64,000 nt of DNA. Source: Lytechinus pictus (lineage: Eukaryota). The DNA lies in the NCBI RefSeq assembly GCF_037042905.1, contig NC_087250.1:18974001-19038000 (forward strand). The letters are read 5' to 3'. Of this stretch, positions 12,773 to 26,205 are shown one piece after another; position 1 is the first letter of the stretch; every line of letters starts with the position of its first letter. Both the position numbers and the translations under genes were made by a program. The notes under the pieces were generated by a model. That model had not been told where the DNA came from and did no database searches. It saw only the letters and a program-made list of their open reading frames with translations.

Positions 12773-14708
12773 GGGCACACGCGTGTAATTCATCTGCGCG
12801 CAAAGCATGCCGGACAGGCGTAAGTAAAGATCACATGCATTTTATTGATTAAAATAATTCATTAAAAATAGATCAAATGTTTGTATATCAAAAGAAAAAC
12901 GATAGAGATAATGCTATGTTCATACTCTTTCATAATTAAGGCGTTTGGGGAGGCTAGACTGCATTTTTGTATTTCATTTTAATTATTATTACCCACAATG
13001 CAGTTCTGGTTTTCTGGCAATGAACTGGCCGAAATTATGGTTAGTCTTATTTCAGGCCATTTAACTTTTGATTGAGCTGGGCAAGTACCTGATTAACATA
13101 TCAAGTCTTAATGTACTGTTAATTGTGATTAATGTCAGTGAATTAAAGCCAAATATATCGAGGGATTGATTTTTAATGATTTTTTGATGAGCTATGATAT
13201 AACACGTGAGTGAATGGGGGTCTGTAATACTCATGTGTGCCCTATATCGCGACTACACTTCTACACTGTCGTTGCTATGGCTGGGCGTCGTCTGCTAGAA
13301 ATCGGTGGTGAGAAAGCTTCAAACAGTTTTATGCAAAGTGATAGGTTATGTTTAACAACAGTTGATAAGTATGTAACTCGGCATATAGTGCATTTATCGC
13401 TTACGATGCTGAAATGACGCTTTCAAATGTATATTCAATGCTTTTTATCATTTATTATGCAGAAATGCGAGTTTCTACTGCCAATAGGAGATCACGTTGG
13501 TTTGAGAGTGTGAAATGAAATAAGTAGGGATTTCAAAATGATAAATAACTTCTAATTATCATCAGGATTCCTATTTTCAATATTTAGAGCACGCAGAGAA
13601 AGAAAGATGAACAAAACATTAAAATACATAAACTTGTCTCAGTCAGGTGTTATACATCATTGCGCAATTGAATACTATTCACTCCGTTGAAAGCTACAGG
13701 CGGGGGGGGGGGGGTTGGGGGTGGAACTGAGTCGGGGTACATACCCCATCCTCCTGGCTTGTAAGCATGGCGGGGTTGATCCCTATAGCACCCCCCCCCC
13801 ATTCTTCCTCCAAATTAACGGTTATAATGAGGAAGAGAGGCGAAATGAGCAAAAGAAATGCTTACATTCTTTGCTTGCTATCAATTTTCTTTTCTTTACT
13901 TTGTTTATTTTTATGCGAATACAAAGGTAATAAATCACCTCGACCAAAATAAACATGTAAACAAGAAGTTGTAAATCCACACAATACATATTTAGCCCAT
14001 TGATGGACATCAAGCAAGTAGAACTTGTAGCTGCAATACCATAGGAAGCGCACAAAATATATGAATGGAACATTGCATTTTTACATTAAAATGAGGGGTG
14101 TCTAATGAGACGTTTTCTTTTCTTTTAATACGTTTAGTCAGATTAGATATTGAATGCAAGGTATCAATCTCTTCAGGAGAACCCACTCTTTCTTTTGAGA
14201 CCAAAATTTTTGACTTTTTGTCATTTGACCCTCAGTATAGGGCACACGCGTGTAATTCATCTGCGCGCAAAGCATGCCGGACAGGCGTAAGTAAAGATCA
14301 CATGACTTTATTGATTAAAATAATTCATTAAAAATAGATCAAATGTTTGTATATCAAAAGAAAAACGATAGAGATAATGCTATGTTCATACTCTTTCATA
14401 ATTAAGGCGTTTGGGGAGGCTAGACTGCATTTTTGTATTTCATTTTAATTATTATTACCCACAATGCAGTTCTGGTTTTCTGGCAATGAACTGGCCGAAA
14501 TTATGGTTAGTCTTATTTCAGGCCATTTAACTTTTGATTGAGCTGGGCAAGTACCTGATTAACATATCAAGTCTTAATGTACTGTTAATTGTGATTAATG
14601 TCAGTGAATTAAAGCCAAATATATCGAGGGATTGATTTTTAATGATTTTTTGATGAGCTATGATATAACACGTGAGTGAATGGGGGTCTGTAATACTCAT
14701 GTGTGCCC
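12773..14708. mobile_element. Non-coding composite element with ~470-bp terminal direct repeats (12773-13242 and 14240-14708)
   Basis: Each repeat runs GGGCACAC...GTGTGCCC. The outer flanks are both CACA (4-bp TSD) and the inner flanks are both TATA. Confidence 0.85.
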
Positions 14709-15309
14709 CACAACGCCCAGTTGGTCTGGATTACGCCTATAGAGGGAGTCCTTTTCAAAAGCGATTTGTAACATTTTGAAAGATGACCTTGTTTATGGTC
14801 TGTTAAATCTTTGTTAGGTTTTTAAGCCGAGTTAATTGGGCGGTTGGCCTATTCTTCCATGCACTATCATTACAATTAGGTATATAAACTTATTTGCAAC
14901 AATGAATGTGACTTCACCGTCCTTGAGAGTGATCTATTGATTAGAGATTACATACAATTTGTCAAACTAAACTCAAGTTATGCCAGGAATAAGAGATATT
15001 GAATTTGGATACCCGATTGTGATTAGGAAATTTTCGGGGATGGGGGACTCCTTACAGGCTGATGGTTGAAGCGGGGGTGTGCCGGGAAAACCCCAAGATT
15101 ATAAAATAGTGATTGTCATTTTTAATGTTTTTTATCCAAATCCAATTCATTTGGTAGTGAAAACTTTTTTCCTATTTTTTTTAAATTTTATCTCTACTAT
15201 TTGTTAATTTATTTTTGTTTTTAGCAAACTAGCACGCCTCTTTTAAAAATCAATCCCAGCTCCCAGGCACTTTTACTATAGGCAGATAGGCCTAGAAGCA
15301 TCTCGGAAA

Positions 15310-15351
<42 letters not shown>

Positions 15352-15883
15352 GTTAAAACTTTTTAAGTATGGGGAGCCAAGTGTGATGTGTACCGCTAAC
15401 TTTTTATTGAGGACGTGGTATCTTTTTAGGACTTTCAGGTTCAGCAGTCAGGGTGTACGCTTCTTTTGAATTACAAAAACAATTATCTGATTTGTGAATG
15501 ATCGGATCAATCGCAACTCTTTGTGAGACGGGCCCCTGTTCTTCATTGTAAACATCCACTTCACAATATAATAAGTGTTCTTATTTTTGCCTATTCAATT
15601 TTCACTTTCTCTCAGAGCAATTTTCCCTAAGTCATATTAATGTCCCCTTATCACACCTGGAGATTAGTCTGCAGACATAGCCCCTAATCTAAACTTTGGT
15701 CAGCAAGTGGGTTTTCGCACAAGACTAACACATAAGAGGCCTTCACTGATACACAAGTCTTTGCAGGCTGCACATTCTACCCACTTAACTCGAGTAAAGG
15801 GTCTGCACAGCAGACTAGGCCTCTAACAGGAGACGGCTTGATGGAAGTTGCCAGTAAATATGGTGTATTTTCAATTAGTCCAA

Positions 15884-16268
15884 TGCTAATTCGTCCAATT
15901 ACCAACTCATCTACTATCATTGGGTCTACCATCAGTTCGTCCAATATCCACATGGTCTAATTGCCATTTCATCCACTCACCGATTTATCTGATAACCAGT
16001 TGGTCCAATAGCAATTTAGTCTATATACCATTTGGTCTAATTGGGCTATAAGTGTTATTGAGCGAAATGAAGGGGGGGGGGTGAATGGGTGTCAGACGAA
16101 CGGGTTATTAGACGGGATGGTCATAGACGAATTGATTATTGGACCAAATGGTTATTGGACCAATGACTGTTATTTAGATGAAATATTGATGGAAGGAATG
16201 ACATTAGACTGAATGAAAGTACACCAAGTGAAGAGTGGACGATCCGCAATAGACGAATTGGCAATTGG
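15884..16268. mobile_element. Palindromic modular MITE (MULE-like)
   Basis: Inverted arrays of gtcca/gtcta units; ends aattcgtc / gacgaatt. Confidence 0.45.
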
Positions 16269-16490
16269 CGTTAAGATAGCCTGTATTTCGTTGTCATTCT
16301 CTGACCGTTACCAAAGTAACAATCAGAGACCATTGCGTCGATCTCAGCCAATCCAAACCAAATTCACCGAATGGGAAGAACAGACATTCAAATTGTATTC
16401 TAATTACTTTCATGACACCGCACCTCCCTTAAATTCATGATTTTGATTTTTTTTATCAATTACCTAAATAGGTGAAGCGAAGTGTCTTTC

Positions 16491-16783
16491 GGGGCCCTGT
16501 CTTACAAAGAGTTACGATTGATCCGATAAACTTCAGCTATAGGCCTAATATGGAAATTCTTCAATGTCATAATTTCTACTACAGTAGATTTGTACAATGT
16601 CCTTTGTAAATAAAAAGAAGCACACTTGAATTTACAAGAAAACAACGGATGTATATGAATATTGAATATACATAATAATCTGAAAAATATATTTTGAACA
16701 AAGACACATTTTATATGTTTGCATTGCTGGCTTTCCATAGTTGTGGTTGATGGGATCGATCGCAACTCTTTGTAAGACGGGAC
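16491..16783. mobile_element. MITE
   Basis: TIR gtcttacaaagagtt(a/g)cgat / atcgcaactctttgtaagac; a fragment also lies at ~15470-15537. Confidence 0.65.
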
Positions 16784-17081
16784 TACATCTCTATGGACGG
16801 GACCCACGAGTATTTCTTGTAGGATGACGTGGGCCAATCAAAACCAAAGATTGCGCCGAATGGAACAAAGCTGACAATCATATTTTGTGCTAAAACGACC
16901 CCCGGTACATTCTAAAAAAAGGTTTACCCAATATTGGATAAAATGGAAACATGCATGTTTGTTGGGTAAAATGAGACCAAATATTTTGTAAATTTGACGC
17001 AATGAGATTTACCCTTCAAACACGCACTTTGCCTAATATGGAGGGGGAAAAAGTTACCCATTAAACATGCATGTTCCTCTT

Positions 17082-17914
17082 CGCATACATTCGTAATTCC
17101 GAAGCTTCGTTATTCCGAAGGTTCGTTATTCCGAAGGTTCGTATTTCCGAAGGTTCGTAATTCCGACGGTTCGTTAGTCCGAAAACGAAATGAGGTTCGT
17201 AATTCCGAAGGTTCGTAGTCCGAAAACGAAATAAGGTTCGTAATTCCGAAGGTTCGTCAATCCGAAAACGAAATGAGGTTCGTAATTCCGAAGTTTCGTT
17301 AGTCCGAAAACGAAATGATTAACGAACCTTATTCCGTTTTCGGAATAACGAACCTTCGGAACAACGAACCTTAGTTTTTTTTTTGATTAACGAACCTTCG
17401 GAACAACGAACCTTATTTCGTCTTCGGATTAACGAACCTTCGGAACATCGAACCTTATTTCGTTTTCGGGTTATTGAACCTTCGGAATAACGAACCTTCG
17501 GAATAACGCCACAAATGTTCGGATTAACGAACCCTTTTACATTTTTGGATTAACGAACATCGAGGTATAGGCAATTTACGTGTTTTGGAATTACGAACCT
17601 TCGGAATAAAGAACCTTCGGAATAACGAACCTTCGGAACAACGTACCTTATTTTTTTTTGGATTAACGAACCTTTGGAACAACGAACCTTATTTCGTCTT
17701 CGGATTAACGAACCTTCAGAACATCGAACCTTATTTCGTTTTCGGATTATTGAACCTTCGGAATAACGAACCTTCGGAATAACGCCACAAAATGTTCGGA
17801 TTAACGAACCCTTTTACATTTTCGGATTAACGAACATCGAGGTATAGGCAATTTACGTGTTTTGGAATTACGAACCTTCGGAATTACGAACCTTCCGAAA
17901 TACGAGGTGTAACC
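17082..17914. mobile_element. MULE-type modular foldback MITE nested in another MITE (16906-17965)
   Basis: Inverted arrays of ttccgaaggttcg and a 9-bp TSD gttcctctt. Confidence 0.85.
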
Positions 17915-18577
17915 GTTCCTCTTTCACCCAATATTGGGTAAATTTTACTCTCTGTTTTTAGAGTGCCTTATATGAAATGGAACGTGTTTTTTTTTTTTTT
18001 TTTCAGCGGAGGAATGAGGTGGCCTATCTTGAGAACGAACGTGGATGAAGGGGATGGGGTGGATCGAACGGAACAGCCTTAGTGAAGGAGGGCAATTCGG
18101 GAAAGTGGGCAAAAAATACTAAAATCACATATTTCATGTCCTTTGTGAAGCTATCTGGAATGAAAAAAATATAGAGAGAGAGAGCTGGAAATACTAAAGT
18201 TATTGATGGTAATATGGAATTTCAAAATCAATTACTGAATTACTATTTGTTTTTAGCTTATCCATAAAAACAAAGTCTAGAAGGCCTTGACCTTATACAT
18301 TTCCTAAGAATAAATGCTTTTGTACTATGCATTTGGCAGAGAAGAAAGATGATTAAAAAGAGGGGGAAATATTTGCACCAAAAAAAAAAAAAAAAACTAT
18401 ACCACGAAGCATTTTTTTTTCATATAAAAAAGTCATATCCATGAAAGATAATTGGAAAATGAATGAATAATTATCAATTGTCGATGAACTGTACTTTATC
18501 AGAAGAAGACGAAGAAGAAGAAGAAAAAAACAAAGCAATACTATTAAAGGATTGGGGGCAGCTTCTCAATAAGGTTT

Positions 18578-18754
18578 TGTGTGTGTGTGTATTTGAGTTT
18601 TTGTCAGACGTGTATCAATCAGATATGATTATTTACGTCTGGGACCGACCTTTAACGTCACCATCCGAAAGACGTGACCGGGGCTCGAACCTCGAACCTC
18701 TGCATCAATTTGTAACTTCCCCACACAGCTTGGATTACAGGCGCACGCCACAAT
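18578..18754 (-). mobile_element. Second copy of the same SINE, slightly 5'-truncated
   Basis: Only a few substitutions relative to 12590-12760. Confidence 0.75.
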
Positions 18755-19011
18755 TCATATTCTTTGCTCACAGATAGATGGCGCTATAATTACACTACAA
18801 TATCGACTTCATAAAGTTTATCCACTGACGTTTTCCGAACTGATCTCTCCTCTCAGTATATTAATTTTCACTATCGGAATATGACCCCAAAACCAGTAGA
18901 GGGCATCCAGAATAAAAATAAAAAACTAAGAGGACGATTTATCATAACGGTAGGACCTATAACAAATGTGATTGACAAACAAAATAATATAAAGAAGGCC
19001 TACTTAAAAAG

Positions 19012-19352
19012 GGTTACACTTCGTAATTCCGAAGGTTCATAATTCCGAAACACGCAAATTGCCTATACCTCGATGTTCGTTAATCCGAAAACGTAAAAGG
19101 GTTCGTTAATCCGAACATTTGTGGCGTTATTCCGAAGGTTCGGTAATCCGAATACGAAATAAGGTTCGATGTTCCGAAGGTTCGCTAATCCGAAAACGAA
19201 ATAAGGTCCGTTGTTCCGAAGGTTCGTTAGTCCGAAAACGAAATAAGGTTAGTTAATCATTTAGTTTTCGGACTAACGAACCTTCGGAATTACGAACCTT
19301 CGGAAATACGAACCTTCGGAATAACGAAGCTTCGGAATTACGAATGTATGCA
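19012..19352. mobile_element. Same MULE-type MITE family, shorter copy
   Basis: Ends ggttacac... / ...gaatgtatgc; same repeat unit. Confidence 0.8.
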
Positions 19353-21881
19353 GTAAAAAAGATACGACTGGATCACTCTAGTCAGAACAAGCTGCTAAAA
19401 ATAAACGACCTAAATCTGTTTCACTCAGGTCAATTTTTGTATAAATAAAATTCACTTAATTCCTCACGTATTCGATTCAATATTCCCTCAAAATCGTATT
19501 ATACTGCAAATACACCGGTGTTAATTTAACAAAGTCCAGCCCGGAATCTATTGTACATTTCCACACCAAAAAAAGTGTTAAACATCACCATTTTTTTTTT
19601 TTTGTCTAACAGCACCAGATAAGTGTCTATACAACACCAATTAGTATCAAAACAGCATTAGTTTTGATTAGATTTAGATTTTATTTCCGTTCAACAATTT
19701 TTTCAAAATATAATCAAAGTAACAATAATACATATTCAATATAATCGATAATACAGACAAATCAATGAAATTTCGTTACAAATGTTGAATATAAATTAAA
19801 CAAAACTACAATTTGTTTCAGTAATATTATCAATGAAAAGAAACAAGAAATGAACGGAGGGACTTGCCAAGAAAAGCAAAAGCTTGTAGAGAAGGCAAGC
19901 CCCTAAACTTAGTTTCAATACTAATTATAAACAAACTATATATACATAGTTCCAACCTGGTGTTGTTTCAATACTTCTCTGGTTTAGACAGGACACATAT
20001 AGATTCCGGGCTGGTGTTAAATCAACACCGGAGTTTTTGCAGTGTACCCTAGTTTGCTGTGCAAACCCTTCACTCGAGCTAAGGGTCTGAACGTGCAGCC
20101 TACTCATACCTTGTATACTGAAGGCCCTCTCGCTCTCTCGGGAATTGAAACAGCAAGTTTTGTATGTGCTAGTCTTTGCGTGGAGACACACATGTTGATC
20201 AAAGTTTCAATCAGGGTCTGTGCCCGCAGGCTATCATTACCCTACAAGACTGTCTCACGTGAGTTTCATTTACCTCTTTTTAGAACATACTTATAGCTAA
20301 AAACACATTTATGTATGATGGCCAAAGATTCTGAAACTCTCTGAGTGAAGAGATCATTAATAAACCATCCCTCGATGAGTTCTTAAAAATAACCTTAAAA
20401 TCATTTTCTTAAATCATTCAGGTCATATCACTGGTGAATCCAGGGGGGGGGGGGCACAGCCAGCCCGTGCCCCCCCCCCCTTGAGAGGCACAATTTGTAA
20501 TGAAAAAAAAAATTCGTTAAAACACAATATGCCCCCGCCTCTTTTGGAAGTGAAGACCTTTTTTTTTCATTTTTTTTTGCTTGTCAAATTTTCCCCGAGC
20601 AAATGTGCCCCTCCCCCTTGAAAAATCCTGGATCCGCCCCTGAATTACATTATTAAATTCACCATTTCATGCATGCTTAAATCATCTTCATTTTCACAGC
20701 ACTGAAGTCCTGCTTTATATTAGTTTTATTTATTTTCGTTTTTGTTTCACTTCCGATCGTTCAGTCCCCATTTTCCTTGTTCTTTTAATTTGTTCTCTGT
20801 TCTTTCACCATTCTGTGTCCGTCTTCGTAGGCAATTGTACAATAATTACTTAGAGGGGTCCACACTCTACAAGCATTTGCCTTTTAGTGGATCCCTCCAT
20901 CCACTCAGATTTTGTTATAATGTTTATGACAATTTGGTTATACATAATACTTTGTTTTACTTATGGAAAAAATATCACATACCTCAATTTATATTGTATG
21001 TATAAGCATGGACCTACTGTGGTATAAGTTCCATTTGTGAACGTCATTAAAATTATGTACGACCACGTTACTTTTTTTCTGTAGAAAATAATAAAAAAAT
21101 TATAATCAAGTATATGAATGATCACAATTTAAAAGAATAAGAAAACATAATAAAATAACGAGACTAGAGTGATAAACAAATAAACACAAGTAAGCGATGT
21201 ATCCAGAGGCAGCAAAGGTAATTATCATTACAAAAGTATATTTCCTTTTGTAACTGGCCAGTAGGTCTGTAGTAAAGAGTGAAATCTTTCGAGGTCTACA
21301 GTCTGCAATAAAAATTAAATCAACCATATGACAATATCCTTGCATCATCAAACTTGGCTTTATTGGAAATGAGATTGATAGTACTCCACCTTTTTTTTTT
21401 ACCTTCATGTAAAGACAAAGCAAAAAGGTGTAATAAGAGTGCGTGAACACTCTTTGATTGTTCTCCCCCATGGCGCGGGGGGGGGGGGGGGGCGGGGGAT
21501 TTCCGGGCCGAACCCACGTTGATTAAGCACGTCACTCTAAACAACAAGTTGTTTAACTTTTCTTTTGTAATAATTAAAACTTTTTTAAACAACTTGTTTA
21601 CACAAATTAAACAGTTGGATGAAAAGTTTAAACAGTTGTTTAAAAGTTTTGTTTACAAAGTTTAAACAGTTGTTTGAAAAGTCTAAGCAATAGTTGTTAG
21701 AGTGACGATAACAACGTGCTTAAAACATTAAACAGCGTTTTTACAGTGTATACCCAAAGTGTACTCAGCTATCAGAGCCTCGAAACATCAAAAGCTTCAA
21801 ATGGGTACGGGGCTGAGTTGTACGGTTTGATTGCAGTGAAATTTTATGATTATTCAATTGTACAATTCAATTGAGGACCAG

Positions 21882-22346
21882 GCTAGCGTTTCATCATCAT
21901 TTTTGTCCGACAAGTATAGTCAGATCGACATCTGTCCTTGATTCTGATTGGTTGAGAGGCTTTGGTACTATGGTAACTGTCGGATAAAATGGCACTTGTC
22001 GGATTAATAGTACGACAAATCCTTTCATGAAACGCTACCCAGGGATCCGTTTCATAAAACATGTTGCAATAACAAATTTACTATCAGTTAAATGCTGCTG
22101 AAATCCTTCAATCTGATTGGCTGATAGTAAATTCGATATAGAAATTGTGCATTTGTTATTATTACAAGTCTTTATGAAACGGAGCCCTGGTGAGCGTTTC
22201 ATCAATATTTTTGTCCGACAAGTTGTCAGATCTGACATCTTTCCATGATTCTGATTGGCTGGGAGGCATTGTTCTTATGGTAACTGTCGGATAAAACGGG
22301 ACTTTTCGGATAAAACGTCCGACAAGTCTTTTCATGAAACGCCCCC
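21882..22346. mobile_element. Three abutting ~150-bp Harbinger-type MITEs
   Basis: Each has cgtttcat / atgaaacg TIRs; they are separated and flanked by CAG/CTG. A relative lies at ~2264-2407. Confidence 0.75.
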
Positions 22347-22449
22347 CAGATGTCCATGGAAGCACACAAATTCGTCAATCTGTGGGACTGATATGGCCCT
22401 ATTGTATGTGTGTCTATGTTTTGACAAAGTTGCATTTTTTCGATTGGTA

Positions 22450-22580
22450 ATAATAATGATGATAATAATATTAGTGATAATAATAATAACAATAATGATG
22501 ATGATGATAATTGTAATGATGATAATAATAATAATGATGATAATACAAAAATAATAATTACAATGCTAAAAAATAATAGT
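22450..22580. repeat. (ATA/ATG)n microsatellite
   Basis: Directly visible. Confidence 0.85.
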
Positions 22581-22740
22581 CATAATCCTAATAAGAAAGT
22601 CATATATTTTACCCAGGGTAGCCAAAGAATTATAATTAAAACAGTAAAATTGTAATGATAAAATATACTCTCATTGCTTTTGGGTTCATAATTATGATCG
22701 TTAATTTGATCGTTAAAATTTGAGTGAAGTCATACTATGT

Positions 22741-22936
22741 ATCAATCCATCAATCAATCAATCAATCAATCAATCGATCAAACCATCAATCAATCAATTA
22801 AACCATCAATCAATCAATCAATCGATCAATCAATCAATCAATCGATCAAACCATCAATCAATCAATTAAACCATCAATCAAACAATCAATCAATCAATCA
22901 ATCGATCAAACTATCAATCAATCAATCAATTAAACC

Positions 22937-22967
<31 letters not shown>

Positions 22968-23105
22968 GATCAAACCATCAATCAACCAATTAAACCATCA
23001 ATCAACCAACCAATCAATTAATCATTGAATCAATCAATCAATTATCAGTCAACCAATTCAATCAATCAATCAATAAATAAATAAATCTACCAATCAATCA
23101 ATCAA
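22741..23105. repeat. (ATCA)n microsatellite with higher-order variants
   Basis: Directly visible. Confidence 0.92.
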
Positions 23106-26100
23106 ACCACACCACCAAACACCACCAAATCAAACAACACCAGCATGACCAGTTTGGAATCAAACCGATGCTGTTTTAATACTAATTGGTGCTGTATAAA
23201 CACCTCTCTGGTGTTAGACCAAAAACGAAACTGGTGTTGTTTAACACTTTTCTGGTGTGGACATATATAGATTCCAGGCTGGTGTTAAATTAACACCGGA
23301 GTTTTTGCAGTGTAAGCCAGGTTGATTTTAGACACCTTACAGACGGTCTCTTTTATGATTGCACAAGCCACTTTTCTTTGGTTTCGATTTGACTTTTTTT
23401 CGATTTCCTAAGTTGGTGTGAATTCGATGTTTTCTTTTTAACCCGAAATAACGTCAAAGGCAAAAACGCACTGTCGGCAAAAATCCCCAATGCCCTGTAT
23501 AAGAAAAAAAATCAGTGCAGACGACTCTAGTTTACAAGGCGACGATCTGACATGACAACGAAGAGAAGCACCAGTTCGGGCTTGCAGGGGGGGGGGGGGA
23601 CCTTTCAAGATTGATATTAACCACATCAAATCCTTTGAGCATGAAAGCTACCGGAACAAAACCAACTCTCAAAATACAAATGGTTTCTGAAAGAAGAAAA
23701 CATCGAATTCACACTAACTTGGGACATCGAAAAGGCCGGGTCAGAGAGGAATGGAAGTACAAATATTTTTTTTCCACAATTTGTTGAAACCTATTTTGGT
23801 ACACTTCTCCACGCATTCCTGGCCTATAGTGGAGCGGTTATGTGACAAAAAATGGCCAAGATGCTCGGATCTGGCAGAAAGTGTGAAATTTGGCATACAT
23901 GGGTATTTTTGGGCGCTGATTTAAAAAATTGCCGGCCCCAAGCGATTTGATCATCGGGTTGGCCGCCATTTTGAAATCCAAGATGGCCGCCATGAAAAAT
24001 CATTAAATGTCATTTTCTTGGGTTTTACATGGCATGTGACACTGAAATTTGGTAGATAGGGGTATTTTGAGGCACTGATTTCAAATATTGCAGGCGCTCA
24101 GCAATTTGACCATTAGGCTGCCGGCAAAATGGCCGCCATCTTGAAATTCAAGATGGCCGCCATGATAAATTATTGCAATCATTTTCTCGAGTTTTATATA
24201 TACTGCGGTATTGAAATTTGGCATTAGGCTTATTTCGGGGTGCTGATTTCAAATATTGCCGGCCCCAAGTTATTTGACCATCCTGTCTGCCGCCATTTTG
24301 AAATCAAAGATGGCCGCCATGAGAAATCATTAATGTCATTTCTTGAGTTTTACATGACATGTGACACTGAAATTGTGTATGTTGGGGTATTTTTAGGCAC
24401 TGATTTCAAATATTGCCAGCCCCCAGCAATTTGGCTATTTGGTCGGCGGCAAAATGGCTGCCATCTTGAAATCCAAGATGGCCGCCATGATATATTATTG
24501 CAATCATTTTCTCGAGTTTTTTATGAACTGCGGTATTGAAATTTGGCATATAGGCTTAATTTTGGGCGTTGATTTCAAATATTGCCGGCCTCAAGCGATT
24601 TGACAATCGGGTCAGCTGCCATGAAAAATCATTGAACTAATTTTCTTGAATTTTACATATGTGCCACTGAAATTTGTAGCATATCTGGCTCCAAGCAATC
24701 TGACAATTAGTCGGCGGAAAAAATGGCCGTCATCTTGAATTCGAAGCTGGCTGCCATAGAAATATTGCAATTAATATTTCGTTTAGTTTTGTATGATATG
24801 CGGTATTGCACTTTGACATAGAGAAGAAGTGTGGGAAGCTTATTTCAAGTATTGCTGGCCCTCAGCGATCTGATCCCCTGAGTCAGGGTTATACGGGCGT
24901 AATTACAACTGGCAGGCCAAAGATATTCATATGAGCCCACCCATTAATTCTCAATTTTTAATTTTGATATTACTAATTGACAAAAATGAATGAATATGAT
25001 TGATAATCTAACACCGATTCTAGTGAGAGTAACTTTTTTTTTTAAATTGGGAAGATATATCACCACTTTGGGACTATTTTTATACTGGTGGAAGAAGTAT
25101 TACCATTTTACTGTCTCAAGTGATGAATATGATCCTGTCATGTGTAGTCTTCATAAATGCCGATTTATTTTTAAAATGAGCTGGTCGAGGTACCCTTTTC
25201 TGGTTATAAATGGAATGTCAGACATATATCCTATCCACTGGTAGTAAACATTCAATTCTCGAATTTTATCCTTATTTATTTAATTTTTTAGAGCACCTCT
25301 TTAACACATGAGTCTATGGGAAATGTTTTAGGCCCGTGATACCTCAGCTGCAAAATGGCAACCATCTTGAAATCCAGGATGGCTGCCATAAAAAAAAATC
25401 ATTTAACAAATCAAGTATCATAATTATAACGTAGGTATTATTTTGAATTTTTGGCATCTTGGGGTATTGAAATCCCCCCCCAGTAATCTGTCCAGTACAT
25501 ATGCTGCAAAATGGCCACCATCTTGAAATCTAGAAAGGATCGACTGTCATGAAAATTCATTAAAATCATTTTCTTGAGTTTTAAATAATTTGAGGCACTG
25601 CATTTAAGACATACTATGAAATATCTTTCAAAAATGTTTTCCTGAATTTTACATTACCTGTGACACTGTAAATTGGTATTATGAAGCAAAAACTTGTATT
25701 GTATGTTATTTTCAAATATGGATAGATAATGAACATATAACACATAATTTTATCTGCCATTTTAAATTCCAATATAGCCCATCATGACACAAAGGACATG
25801 ATTACCTAGCTTAGTTCTAAATATTGATTATTGTGGGGGAAAATAAGTACAATATGATAGCATGAATCAAAATTCATGTATGGTATAACTGATGGCAATC
25901 CATTTATTATTGCTATCAATCATTTATATGCTAGACGGTTGACTGTGAATCTTACAGATCTCAAGGAATTACTTTGGAACGATTCAATTGATAACCATCG
26001 TGTGTTGGACATTCTGACAATGGGATGATGGGGTGGTGAATGTTCGCCTCACAATCGGGAGATCGGGAGTTCAAGCTCCGACAGCATCAGACCAAAGTAT

Positions 26101-26205
26101 GTTAAAAGAGGGGAGTTGCTTCTACCCTGTTTGGCGGCCAACGAGTTAAAGGGGAAGTTCACCCTGACAAAAAGTTTATTGAAACAATAACAGAATAAAT
26201 AATGA

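Noticed and set aside
12773..14708. LTR retrotransposon/TRIM interpretation
   Set aside because: No TG...CA ends and no recognisable PBS or PPT; each repeat has its own TIRs.
17082..17914. CRISPR-like appearance of the ttccgaaggttcg arrays
   Set aside because: No unique spacers, inverted halves, a 9-bp TSD, eukaryotic context and no cas genes.
22255..23021. Ile/Met-rich and (SINQ)n ORFs
   Set aside because: Microsatellite translations.
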